From a virus (lineage: Duplodnaviria > Heunggongvirae > Uroviricota > Caudoviricetes), in the IMG/VR virus record IMGVR_UViG_3300029686_000225: a stretch of 48,664 nucleotides of DNA; one strand, 5' to 3'. The notes under the pieces are model-generated. The model made no database searches, was not told the DNA's origin, and saw only the letters and a list, made by a program, of their open reading frames with translations. Below are positions 9,119-18,298 of this stretch, piece by piece. Numbering within the stretch: the first letter of the stretch is position 1; every line of letters starts with the position of its first letter. Made by a program: the position numbers and the translations under genes.

Positions 9119-10337
9119 CTCCACTCTCCTTTTTCTTACCGTTGTCATCGCCAGCAGAGGGACTGGTGGTCATGTTCATCGGTGTCAGATACACATCACC
9201 GCCCGGTCGGGGATTCATATCTTCCAGATCACGGCAGTCATTAGGGGAATAAATCCCCCAGTTGATCCCCGTGGCATACGCTTCAAAGCGGGATTTCATG
9301 TCGCCACGCAACAATGCTCCGGCATTAAATTTGGCGTAAAACTTCCCCTGCTTGCTCTCCCTGACCAGCCCTGTATTGATCCGCTGCTCAATACGGGTCA
9401 GATACGGCACAAGGGAATAGTTAATGAAACCAAGCCCCAGCTCTTCAATATTGTTGAAGGTGGCGCGGTCAGTGTTCTGCACCATATGCAGTGGCACGCG
9501 GAAAAGACGACAGATTTCTTCCAACTGAAACTTGCGGGTTTCCAGGAACTGGCTGTCCTCGGCATTCAGTGCCACCGGCTTCCAGTCCAGCCCCATTTCC
9601 AGAATCATCGGACGATGAGAATTTCCCAGCCCGACATGCCGTTCCTCAAAGTCCTTTTTGATACGCGCATAAGCCTGATCAGAAAGTTGTTGATCCGTAC
9701 GCAACACACCGGATGTCACAGCGCCGTTACCAAACAGCCTGGCGCCGTGCTCCTCGGTTGCCGCTGCCAGTGAAATGGCCTCACGCGCATACGCAATGGG
9801 ATTCAGCCCGACCAGTCCGTTCAGCGTCAGGGTGCGCACATGCCAGATTTCATCCTGGGTCAACACATCCACGGAACCATCCGGAAACGTCACCTGATAA
9901 ACCGGCTGCCACTGGCTGTTCAGCTTCGGTTCCACACAGCCCGGATCTATCGGGAGAAGCTCCACCACTTCCCCCAGTGCCTTTACCTTGTAGGCGTAAA
10001 AATTACCCTGCAGACACAGGCAGACAATGACCAGTTCCCAGAATTCCTGCGGCGTCATGTAGCCATTGGGTTTTGCCGAAATCAGCTTATGCAGTCGTTC
10101 ATCCACCGCCCGTGTTTTCAGGGTGCCGGTGATTTTGTAGAGGCTGCAGGGCAGCATACCAACAGACTCTGCCAGCACCCTGACGCAGGAATACACTGCC
10201 GTCAGCCGCATGGCCCGCTTACTGCTGATCCGCTTTCCGGTATAGGTGTCATATGACAACCCAAGTTCTTCCGCAAGCATCCCGGGCGTTGTGGCGGGGG
10301 GATTATTTTTACGTTGAAAAAGCCCCTGGAAAAACAT
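9096..10337 (-). CDS. portal protein, HK97 family
   Basis: 413-aa ORF with portal-family pattern; GGAGGTGA RBS. Confidence 0.9.
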   Translation of the reverse strand: MFFQGLFQRKNNPPATTPGMLAEELGLSYDTYTGKRISSKRAMRLTAVYSCVRVLAESVGMLPCSLYKITGTLKTRAVDERLHKLISAKPNGYMTPQEFWELVIVCLCLQGNFYAYKVKALGEVVELLPIDPGCVEPKLNSQWQPVYQVTFPDGSVDVLTQDEIWHVRTLTLNGLVGLNPIAYAREAISLAAATEEHGARLFGNGAVTSGVLRTDQQLSDQAYARIKKDFEERHVGLGNSHRPMILEMGLDWKPVALNAEDSQFLETRKFQLEEICRLFRVPLHMVQNTDRATFNNIEELGLGFINYSLVPYLTRIEQRINTGLVRESKQGKFYAKFNAGALLRGDMKSRFEAYATGINWGIYSPNDCRDLEDMNPRPGGDVYLTPMNMTTSPSAGDDNGKKKESGDADKTAS

Positions 10338-10519
10338 TACTCACCTCCGGAGGCACCCCAGTGACCGCGATCGAGATAACGCGCAACCAGCCACGACCAG
10401 CACAGGCACAGCACCCCGGCAACAACAAAACCTGCCGGGGGATAAATCAGCCATGCGCCATACGACAGCAAAAGCGCCCCCAGCACGCCCACCAGTGGCG
10501 TGAGAATTATCAGAAACAT
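10337..10519 (-). CDS. small membrane protein (hypothetical)
   Basis: 60-aa ORF with two hydrophobic segments between terL and portal; GAGGT RBS; stop overlaps portal start. Confidence 0.4.
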   Translation of the reverse strand: MFLIILTPLVGVLGALLLSYGAWLIYPPAGFVVAGVLCLCWSWLVARYLDRGHWGASGGE

Positions 10520-10530
10520 AATGACCTCGG

Positions 10531-11256
10531 TTAAAGCGAGCGGATACCAACACTGATCAGGTGTTCAGACAGATCCGGCTCCGGTTCACCGCCATTGACC
10601 AGCATCCGGCTCATTGCTGTAAACATCGCAACAGGGCCGTCGATTTTGGCTTCAGGCGTGGATTTATTCGGGAAGATATTGTCGTTTTTGTCCGGTTTTA
10701 CCGTAACGTTAGACATCATCCAGTTCATGACCGGGTGATTACTGTGATGGAAACGTCCGGCATAGACCAGTGATTCCGTTTCCTTCATGGCCTCTGACAG
10801 ATTGCGGACCGTCTGCGGAACTTCCACCAGCGGTATACCTTCTTCAGCCAGCGCCAGACTGAACTGCATTGCACTCCACGGGTCAAATCCCAGTTCCCTG
10901 AGGTTTTCACCACCAATCCATTCCAGTAAGTCACTTTTTATCTGAGCATGATCGATAACATCACCATCCGTCAGGATGAGCTTATCCATCTCCGCCCATT
11001 TCCGGTAAAGTTCTGCCTGCTGCCGCGAGCACCGCTCCAGCCGTCCTTCCGGGAGCCAGAATTTAAAATCAGCATGAACATGTCCGTTATCGGTTCGCCA
11101 GAGTTTTGCCGCCGCACAGATATCAATCTTATGAGCAAGGTCGACGCCGACCCACATGGGATACGTTTTCAGCTCATGTCGTGGGGCAATATATTCGCAT
11201 TTCTCCCACTTAATCATGTCCATCCAGGCAGACTCTGCTGTTACCCACACATTCAT
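10531..11256 (-). CDS. terL: terminase large subunit, C-terminal nuclease part of a gene interrupted by the inserted element
   Basis: Colinear with the C-terminal 240 aa of the intact satellite TerL ([13 protein letters not shown] vs NIWCQGATPWMGN); no N-terminal ATPase domain in this ORF; upstream in frame reads LTKH then a stop. Confidence 0.85.
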   Translation of the reverse strand: MNVWVTAESAWMDMIKWEKCEYIAPRHELKTYPMWVGVDLAHKIDICAAAKLWRTDNGHVHADFKFWLPEGRLERCSRQQAELYRKWAEMDKLILTDGDVIDHAQIKSDLLEWIGGENLRELGFDPWSAMQFSLALAEEGIPLVEVPQTVRNLSEAMKETESLVYAGRFHHSNHPVMNWMMSNVTVKPDKNDNIFPNKSTPEAKIDGPVAMFTAMSRMLVNGGEPEPDLSEHLISVGIRSL

Positions 11257-11260
11257 GTGT

Positions 11261-11274
11261 TTGGTAAGAATATT
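11261..11274. repeat. left junction repeat of inserted element (att core TTGGTAAGAATATT)
   Basis: 12 of 14 identical to 26211-26224; 7-bp perfect core TTGGTAA; lies in terL codons L-T-K. Confidence 0.7.
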
Positions 11275-11520
11275 TCAAGTTTTTTAAAATCACCTGTATA
11301 TCAATCGTTTAACATGAAAAAACAGTCTTTATAAATCATCAAGCAATACACAGCGCAATACACGTATCTGTATTGTTTTAATGCTGATACACACCGTTTT
11401 TTGATATAGTGATTCGACCTACCATCGCGAAGCATTTTTTATTTCTTGTGTGTAACAATCTGACGAGGTGAGCACTCAAAGAGATAAGAGGCAGTAGAAA
11501 TTTCGATCCCCCCCTGAATG

Positions 11521-11701
11521 CAATTTTTCGTATATATATACAAAACAGCGCGGGTTATGCGGGTTAGCGGGTTATCTTCGCGTGCTAAGTATTTTTACTC
11601 TTTAATATCAATGCGTTAAAAAACAACGTATTTAAATATCAGCCAGAATGTAACCCGCAAGACATTCAAAATAACCCGCAAACACCCCTCAAATAACCCG
11701 C
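11521..11701. repeat. iteron cluster (GCGGGTTA x3 direct, TAACCCGC x3 inverted) with adjacent (TA)n tract
   Basis: Direct copies at 11550, 11559, 11567; inverted at 11651, 11672, 11694; alternating TATATATATA at 11531-11545. Confidence 0.7.
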
Positions 11702-11782
11702 AAAAACATCCCTGAAAGTGGGTACCGGTAATACTGAAAATTTATTCCATTAAATGAGCATTGTCCTCTCTCATCCATTCCG

Positions 11783-13444
11783 TTACACACCATCAAACGC
11801 CGCAAGCCGCTCTTTGTGGCTGTCGCTCATATCGAATGCAAATTCCTCATGCTCTGCCTGGAATGTGCCAAACGCCATCAGCGCCGCAACGCTCGGGTCT
11901 ATCTTGTTGGATGATTTTTTCTTGTTCGGCTTGATATTGGCGTTCGCGTCACTCTGCATCACAACATTACTCATTGACCAGGCCAGCACCGGATCACCAC
12001 GATGCACAATCACCTTCCGGTTAACAAAAACTTCGAACGATTTCGCCGCCGGACTGAAACGAAGGTATGTTTGCGGGAACGGCTCCACCTCAAATCCTGC
12101 GCCCTGTAGCTGCGTCCTCAGGTGCGTGGCGTTCCATGTATCGAAACCCACCAGCCTGATATTGAAATTCTCTGCATCCGCCATGATGTCATCACGGATA
12201 CGGTCATAATCAATGCAGTCACCCGGTGTTGTGCGTATCCAGCCCGCCTTTACCCACTGGCGATAGATGGCGCGGTTTTTATTGGCGGGGTTCTGTAGCT
12301 GAAATTCCGGCAGATAGTGACGGGAAACCAGCATAATCTTTTTACCGACCGGAAAGGCATAGCACACGCTGGAAATATCGCTGGTTGATGATAAGTCCAG
12401 CCCCGCGTAGCACTCCTGCCCGTATAAATCCGCCTCCGCGAACGTTCCGGCGCACTCCGCCCATGCACCATTACCCATCCACGGCGTAGCCCCCTGACAC
12501 CAGATATTGAATCGCTTGGTGAGCATTTCCACCCACTGCGACGGAATACCCCGCGCTTTCTGGATGGTTGAGGCCAGTTTTTCACGATCGACGGAAACAT
12601 CGATATTGGGATTCGCCTTTATCCACATCTCCGGATCGTCAACCTCGCTTTCATCATCCAGCTCGTAAATCAGCACGAACATGGATTCGTTCACCTCTTC
12701 ACCATCCAGTATCTGGCAGCAATAGTCGTAGTGTTGTTTACAGGCTGAAACAACGTTGCTCCCCGATGTGGTGATGGCAAATAATAACCCCTCCGGGCGT
12801 GCCCCCATTCCCAGTTCAAGCGCGGAATAAACCCCGTTGTCAGGGTGCAGGTGATATTCATCCACAATGGCAAGACTCGGGTTTGTACCTTCAATGGTTG
12901 CCGCTTTTGCTGCCAGCGGCTTTAACAGGCTGTTGGTTTTTGGGTGTATCACCTTGTGTGCCTGAATATTTACCCGCTTTCGTAACGGTCGGGATAAAAG
13001 GCACATCTGACGCGCATCATCAAACACGATCCGCGCCTGATCACGACTCACGGCGGCGGTGTAAATATCCTGCTGCCCGTTTTCCATAACCAGAAACCAG
13101 TTAGCCAGGATAGCGGCGACCGTGGATTTGGCATTTTTTCGCGGTACTTCAATGAATGCGCTGGTGTATTTGCGCCGCCCGGTGGCCTTAACCTTAAAGC
13201 CCAGGATGCACGCAAAGGCGAACTGCTGCCACGGCTCCAGTTTAATTGGGCTACCGCGCATTGCGCCTTTTACGTGCGGACACACCCTGGAAAAGGCAAT
13301 AAACCGCTCCACGACCTCCGGATCGAACGTGTAAAGGGGGTTTTCAAGGTCATAAAAATACCGTTTAACGGCCTGTTTCAGTCGTTTACAGGCCGTAATT
13401 TTGCCGTTTTTTACGCCTTCTGCGTACTCATGCCAGGCGGTCAA
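11783..13444 (-). CDS. terL: terminase large subunit (satellite copy, intact)
   Basis: 553 aa; P-loop-like region RKNAKST, Walker B IVDEYH, C-terminal nuclease domain; TTG start with GAGGA RBS, overlapping terS end. Confidence 0.9.
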   Translation of the reverse strand: MTAWHEYAEGVKNGKITACKRLKQAVKRYFYDLENPLYTFDPEVVERFIAFSRVCPHVKGAMRGSPIKLEPWQQFAFACILGFKVKATGRRKYTSAFIEVPRKNAKSTVAAILANWFLVMENGQQDIYTAAVSRDQARIVFDDARQMCLLSRPLRKRVNIQAHKVIHPKTNSLLKPLAAKAATIEGTNPSLAIVDEYHLHPDNGVYSALELGMGARPEGLLFAITTSGSNVVSACKQHYDYCCQILDGEEVNESMFVLIYELDDESEVDDPEMWIKANPNIDVSVDREKLASTIQKARGIPSQWVEMLTKRFNIWCQGATPWMGNGAWAECAGTFAEADLYGQECYAGLDLSSTSDISSVCYAFPVGKKIMLVSRHYLPEFQLQNPANKNRAIYRQWVKAGWIRTTPGDCIDYDRIRDDIMADAENFNIRLVGFDTWNATHLRTQLQGAGFEVEPFPQTYLRFSPAAKSFEVFVNRKVIVHRGDPVLAWSMSNVVMQSDANANIKPNKKKSSNKIDPSVAALMAFGTFQAEHEEFAFDMSDSHKERLAAFDGV

Positions 13445-13784
13445 GCTCGTCCTCTTCCTCTGTTTCCGGTGGATTTCTGCGGCGGCTTACCGGGTCAAAA
13501 CCCAGCAAAGAAGCCATTTTGATCATTATTCTTTCTGCGTCAGCCTTTGCGCTCAGAGCGGGGTTTCTGCTTTCGCTGCCCTGACTGTTAACAATGCTGA
13601 AGCCGCGCGTCGCAAGGTCTTCGACGGCTTTGCGGTATATGGAGTAGTTAACGCAATACAGTTCCAGATTGCTCCAGTCGGCGGGGGTAAGGTCTTCCCG
13701 CCCGGAAAGCTGGCGCGATTTTTCCTTCCACTGCCTGACCGCGATTTCATCCAGGTAAGCGGGGGCTTTTGGTGGTCTTGCCAT
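13428..13784 (-). CDS. terS: terminase small subunit (P27 family)
   Basis: Starts MARPPKAPAYLDE; homologous to the prophage TerS (MSGPPKTPPRL...); immediately upstream of terL. Confidence 0.8.
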   Translation of the reverse strand: MARPPKAPAYLDEIAVRQWKEKSRQLSGREDLTPADWSNLELYCVNYSIYRKAVEDLATRGFSIVNSQGSESRNPALSAKADAERIMIKMASLLGFDPVSRRRNPPETEEEDELDRLA

Positions 13785-14072
13785 GTTCTTTTTTCGCCCA
13801 ATTATTTTCAAAAAAATTTCCGTGCACAAAAATTTGAGGAGGCGGTCGGTGTCCGGCAGGGACGGTTTTGTCCTGAAAACCTCCCCCACCCCCTCTGACG
13901 GCCTCACCAGCGATTGCGAAAACATTCCATGACCTCGCGGTCACGGTCGGTTAATCGCTTCGCTGTGGTGCGTTCTGTGCGCCCTGTCCTGTTGGCTTTG
14001 TGCCCTGTCTCCTGTGTCTTCCATAAGTCACGCTGCCTTATCAGTCCACGTATCAGCCTGTTTTGCTCCTGT

Positions 14073-14513
14073 TCAGTCATCATCGCCATACATCCAGTCG
14101 TTACGGTGTGCCGCCCGTTCTTCCTGCTCGCGATACATACCCGCCTTACGGTTCGCTTTCGTGGCTGGATCTTCCCGTGTTGTCTTACGGTTATGGCACG
14201 TCTGGCACAATGCCTGGTGGTTCCACTCAGGCCAGAAGAGAACATCACCGCCGCCATTGATGGGAATGATGTGATCCACCACAAGAGCTGGCGTATAAAT
14301 CCCCTTAGCCAGACAACGCACGCATAACGGATTTTTGCTCAGGTACAGGGCGCGGTATTTGTCCCACTGTCGGGAATACCCGCGCGCGCGGCGGTGTCCC
14401 CGTCTGGCATCCTCTGCACGCCATGCAGCCCGCCTGTGATCTTCGCACTTGCCGGACTTCACGCGCTTATTACAGCCCGGCTCAGTGCATCGCCTTAATG
14501 GTTGCCACGGCAT
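14073..14513 (-). CDS. HNH endonuclease (packaging-associated)
   Basis: Cys-rich Zn motifs and HNH core (DHIIPINGGG ... CQTCHNRK); located upstream of terS. Confidence 0.85.
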   Translation of the reverse strand: MPWQPLRRCTEPGCNKRVKSGKCEDHRRAAWRAEDARRGHRRARGYSRQWDKYRALYLSKNPLCVRCLAKGIYTPALVVDHIIPINGGGDVLFWPEWNHQALCQTCHNRKTTREDPATKANRKAGMYREQEERAAHRNDWMYGDDD

Positions 14514-14812
14514 CAGTACACCCCTACATCACGATAAACCGACCAGAGCGCAGAAATAGCCATAGGCAGTTCAGACTGCTCCACAGGTGAAACCGCTTCC
14601 CTGTTCTCGTACAGGAAAGCGATGTACATCAGGCAACCAACACGTATTGCCGGGGTAAATTCCAGCCCGTCTTCAAAACGTTTCCCGATATGCTTCTGGC
14701 AGGCTTCCAGCGCCGCATCGGTATACATTTTCAGAAGTTCGCCTTCTCCGGAAAAGTCATCAAGGCGAAGATGTGCCCTGACTTCATCAGGTGTAATTTT
14801 TTCTTCACTCAT
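14513..14812 (-). CDS. gp6-like head-tail connector protein
   Basis: Starts MSEEKITPDEVRAHLRLDD, the gp6-like signature; GGTGA RBS. Confidence 0.65.
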   Translation of the reverse strand: MSEEKITPDEVRAHLRLDDFSGEGELLKMYTDAALEACQKHIGKRFEDGLEFTPAIRVGCLMYIAFLYENREAVSPVEQSELPMAISALWSVYRDVGVY

Positions 14813-16019
14813 CTTTTTCACCTTTAATTTCCACCGTCTGCTTCCATGCCTGGCTGAATTCGTCGCCACCTTCACGCGGCGGCATCCCCTCACGTTCGCG
14901 GGCTTCGTTCGGATTCATGATCCCGTTCTTAATCCCTTTCTCATACGTGGCGTAACGTTCGGTAGGGGTGGCGCGTAATAAATCGGCTGAATCAAACTCA
15001 ACCAGATAACGGGTACCAGGTACGGGAGAAGCCACCAGCAAAGCGGCCTTAATTTGCTGTTCGAAGTTCGCCAGCCATGGGCGCATTGTCATGGTCAGAA
15101 ACGCGCGGCTTGCCTCGCTGAAATTGCTGTAGGTGCTGTTGCTGTATTCCTGCAGAAAAATAGGCGATACGTTGAACATCCGGGCGATGTCTTCAATGGA
15201 GAAGCGACGGGAGGCCAGCCATTCCGCATCCTGGTTACTCATCCCCAGTTGCTTGTAATCCATGCCCCCTTCAAGGATTGGCGTTTTTCCGGCATTTTTC
15301 GCCCCCTTGTAGCGTTCCAGGGCGTCTAATGCCTGTTTACCTTTCACGCCGTCCAGCCATTCGCCTGACGTGATAATCCCTGCCGCCATCATGCCATCTT
15401 TCATAATGCTGGCTCCGTGACGCTGTTGAGCAAGGCCAAGCCCCAGCGCCTCACGGCAAATCGTGACGGGGGAACGTCCCAGAAAGCCATCATCCGAGGC
15501 ATAGCGGAGATGCAGGACTTCTTCCTGTAAATACGTGCGTACCGTTCCTGTATAGGGTTCGGTGATGGTATAGCGGTATTTGTGTGCGCCTGTGCGTTCC
15601 GGTACAACACACCCCGGCGCATAAGGATGAAGTGATTTTGGCTGACCGTCCCGCCCCCATTCAATAACCGCATAGGCGTTACCGTTCAGCAGGCAGTGAC
15701 GCATCATTGTGCGTTTAAACTGGTAAGGTGTCTGGCACGAATTAGGCTGCTCATTCAGCAGAATATCTACCGGATGACTGTCCAGCCATTCCCGCGCCTC
15801 CCTGCCCTTGTCATTACGTACCAGATACAGATAACACGGCATCGTGGCCACCGCCTCAGCGATGACGGAAACCGCGTTCATCACAGCAGGCAATGATTCA
15901 GCCGTCCCGGCAGAAACATATTCTCCGGATCCGGTATTCGGTACGCCGGACAGCGCCAGAAAATCATCAATGGACAGGTTACGCAGATCGCTTTTTTTAC
16001 GACTAAAAGGCCACCACAT
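14805..16019 (-). CDS. portal protein, HK97 family (satellite)
   Basis: About 404 aa with portal-family pattern; start directly after protease stop. Confidence 0.85.
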   Translation of the reverse strand: MWWPFSRKKSDLRNLSIDDFLALSGVPNTGSGEYVSAGTAESLPAVMNAVSVIAEAVATMPCYLYLVRNDKGREAREWLDSHPVDILLNEQPNSCQTPYQFKRTMMRHCLLNGNAYAVIEWGRDGQPKSLHPYAPGCVVPERTGAHKYRYTITEPYTGTVRTYLQEEVLHLRYASDDGFLGRSPVTICREALGLGLAQQRHGASIMKDGMMAAGIITSGEWLDGVKGKQALDALERYKGAKNAGKTPILEGGMDYKQLGMSNQDAEWLASRRFSIEDIARMFNVSPIFLQEYSNSTYSNFSEASRAFLTMTMRPWLANFEQQIKAALLVASPVPGTRYLVEFDSADLLRATPTERYATYEKGIKNGIMNPNEAREREGMPPREGGDEFSQAWKQTVEIKGEKDE

Positions 16020-16020
16020 A

Positions 16021-16581
16021 TCACAACCCCGCCAGTTCAGCCCAGCGATGACGATTATTTCCTGTCGGGCGTAATTCAGGGTGCTGTGCAAACAACGAAC
16101 GGTGGGCAATCTCCACGCCGGATTCGGGATAAGCAGGCATCGACGTTATCGTGATTTCACGGAGTTCTGCGGCGGTAACAGTGCGCAGATACGGTTTTTG
16201 CGCGATATTCCATTCTTCGCATAATGCGCGAAAGCCAAAGCTCATTCCTGTAATGTCGCCACGCTCCACCAGCGTAAGCACATCTTTTCCAAGCTGGGTA
16301 TCAGGCGGTGTCAGTTCAAAACGTAGCCCGGTGTTGTCCTCAGTCAGTACCAGTGTTCCGGATTTGGTGCGCCCCAGCAGTCGGGTATAGTCATGCTCAT
16401 ACAGGCAGCGCACATCATTACCCGCCGCCAGATAGTCAGCAAAAGCCCCCGGCGTGAACTGTTCGCGGAATTCGTCCCAGATAATTTCTGAAAGGCTGTT
16501 CCAGCGAACGGCATAACCCACCAGTTTTTTATCGCTGGCGGTCAGTTCAGATGTACGGATTTCAAAATCGGTATTTTTCAT
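16021..16581 (-). CDS. prohead protease, HK97 family (satellite)
   Basis: About 186 aa; GGAG RBS; motifs LGRTKSGTL and MSFGF typical of the prohead protease family. Confidence 0.8.
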   Translation of the reverse strand: MKNTDFEIRTSELTASDKKLVGYAVRWNSLSEIIWDEFREQFTPGAFADYLAAGNDVRCLYEHDYTRLLGRTKSGTLVLTEDNTGLRFELTPPDTQLGKDVLTLVERGDITGMSFGFRALCEEWNIAQKPYLRTVTAAELREITITSMPAYPESGVEIAHRSLFAQHPELRPTGNNRHRWAELAGL

Positions 16582-16630
16582 CGGTGTACTCCATAAAGCT
16601 GAAAAAGGAGGCCGAAGCCCCCTTTGCTCA

Positions 16631-17776
16631 TTACTTGCCAGCCTGAATTTCCAGAATCTTGATGGCGTTCGAATCCACCACACCACCGCCCAGATATTTC
16701 TGGGTATAGATGTTAATGAATCCGGGTTCGCTGAAATCCGGACGGGTTCGCGTACCGGTTTCATGGTCAACGATGAAATAACCGCGCTTAAAGTCACCTA
16801 CTGCAATCACACCGTCCGGCATAAATTCCAGATATTCAACCGGAAGCCCCAGCAGAGAATCAGGATCACCAGCCTGTAAACGATCGCGCCAGATGTAATC
16901 ACCAGTGGCATTTTTCAGTTTTTGTGCGGAGGCGGCTGTATTTGAGTTCATCACCCATACAGCTTTTTTGCGGTACTTATTGCGTAGCGTAAATTTCAGG
17001 TCAATCAGCATGTCGGCGCTGAGACTGCCAGTCACTTTTTTCGTCTGGAGCGTACCGAAAGGACGGGTTTTGTCGTTATCCGCAGTGCGCGGAAAAGCCA
17101 GGAAACCTTTAGCTTTTTTCTCGCCATCACCAGAAACCAGATCCGTTTCTTCGGTATCAACGAAAGTGTCGCCAATTTCAGAAGATAACCAGCTCATAAT
17201 ATCGACTTCGGAAAAATCGATAATTTCCTGAGTGGTTTTTGGGTAAGCGTAGATCGGATACAGGCGGATACTGACTTCATTCAGTTTTGGGGTTGCCGTC
17301 TGGTTACGTGTAGTGCCTTCTTCACCGTGTTCAACGACCGCGCCCCCGGCAGAAACCAGTTGCTTAAATTCATTGCTGTGAATGGTTTTAACGGTACAGA
17401 TTTTACGCATCACCGATTCATCAGAAAGCTGACGCATAATTTCTCTGTTCAGTTCCGGGATAACCGTATAACCACCATCAGCCGGGACACTGCCAGACAG
17501 GTTGCGGGTTTCCCCGGTCAGAATGTAAGAGCGCAGTTCGTCTTTGGTTATTTTCTCTTCGACGGAAACACCAGGCTGGTTACGTTCTTCATCAGCCACA
17601 GATTCGAGGCGGGAAATTTCTGTGTCGAGGGAATCGGCTTTTGCACGCAGTTCATCAAACTGTTTGCCCTCGTCATCGTTCAGGCTGCGGTTTTCACTGT
17701 CGGCTTTTTCCAGCAGGGATCGCATCTGGTTTTTCAGGGCGGTTTTTTGCTGGCGGAGTTCGATTAATTTCTTCAT
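16631..17776 (-). CDS. major capsid protein, HK97 family (satellite)
   Basis: 381 aa with N-terminal coiled coil and HK97-like core. Confidence 0.9.
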   Translation of the reverse strand: MKKLIELRQQKTALKNQMRSLLEKADSENRSLNDDEGKQFDELRAKADSLDTEISRLESVADEERNQPGVSVEEKITKDELRSYILTGETRNLSGSVPADGGYTVIPELNREIMRQLSDESVMRKICTVKTIHSNEFKQLVSAGGAVVEHGEEGTTRNQTATPKLNEVSIRLYPIYAYPKTTQEIIDFSEVDIMSWLSSEIGDTFVDTEETDLVSGDGEKKAKGFLAFPRTADNDKTRPFGTLQTKKVTGSLSADMLIDLKFTLRNKYRKKAVWVMNSNTAASAQKLKNATGDYIWRDRLQAGDPDSLLGLPVEYLEFMPDGVIAVGDFKRGYFIVDHETGTRTRPDFSEPGFINIYTQKYLGGGVVDSNAIKILEIQAGK

Positions 17777-18013
17777 GAAGGTTTTCTCGTATTGGTTAAG
17801 ATTCAGGACGTGAAACCAACACGGAGGGAGCGCCGCCCGACACTCTCGGCATCTCGCAGATCAACCCGGCATCGCGCAGGGGGTCAGGCGGCATTGTGGC
17901 GGCTCACGTCTGAGTGCCACACGCCAACATATACATAAAAATCAGTATGTAAACATCAGCCAGAATCACCGAACAACCTGGAACAACCACGAACAAATAA
18001 TTTACAAAACCTG

Positions 18014-18040
18014 AAAAAAAGACCCGGAAAAATCCGGGCC
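18014..18040 (-). terminator. intrinsic terminator
   Basis: Hairpin CCCGGAAAAATCCGGG flanked by A-run and T-run; minus strand reads hairpin then TCTTTTTTTC. Confidence 0.5.
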
Positions 18041-18049
18041 TTTATCGCT

Positions 18050-18298
18050 TTATTGTTTCACTGGATCCCGCATTCTGCGTCTTATTTTCCACAGATATTC
18101 GATCATCGCTTCCACCTGCTCACGGTTGGTTGCGAAAATTTCCCCGGTCAGTGAGCTACGCAGAAAATCATGATGATCCACAACAAACAACGCATCGGAA
18201 GAAAGCAGACGGCGATATTTTTTTGCTGTCGTGGTTTCCAGATCATCAAAACCATGAAATTTTTTATGTTGCTGGACTTCTTCAAATGTCACTGGCAT
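18050..18298 (-). CDS. hypothetical protein
   Basis: 82-aa ORF with AAGGGGG RBS; no recognisable motif. Confidence 0.5.
   Translation of the reverse strand: MPVTFEEVQQHKKFHGFDDLETTTAKKYRRLLSSDALFVVDHHDFLRSSLTGEIFATNREQVEAMIEYLWKIRRRMRDPVKQ

Noticed and set aside
11531-11546. Possible LexA box at CGTATATATATACAA
   Set aside because: It lacks the CTG and CAG half-site triplets; treated as an AT-rich unwinding tract next to the iterons.
11550-11701. Possible CRISPR array suggested by the short repeats
   Set aside because: The units are 8-9 bp, irregularly spaced and in both orientations with no spacer structure or cas genes; they are iterons.
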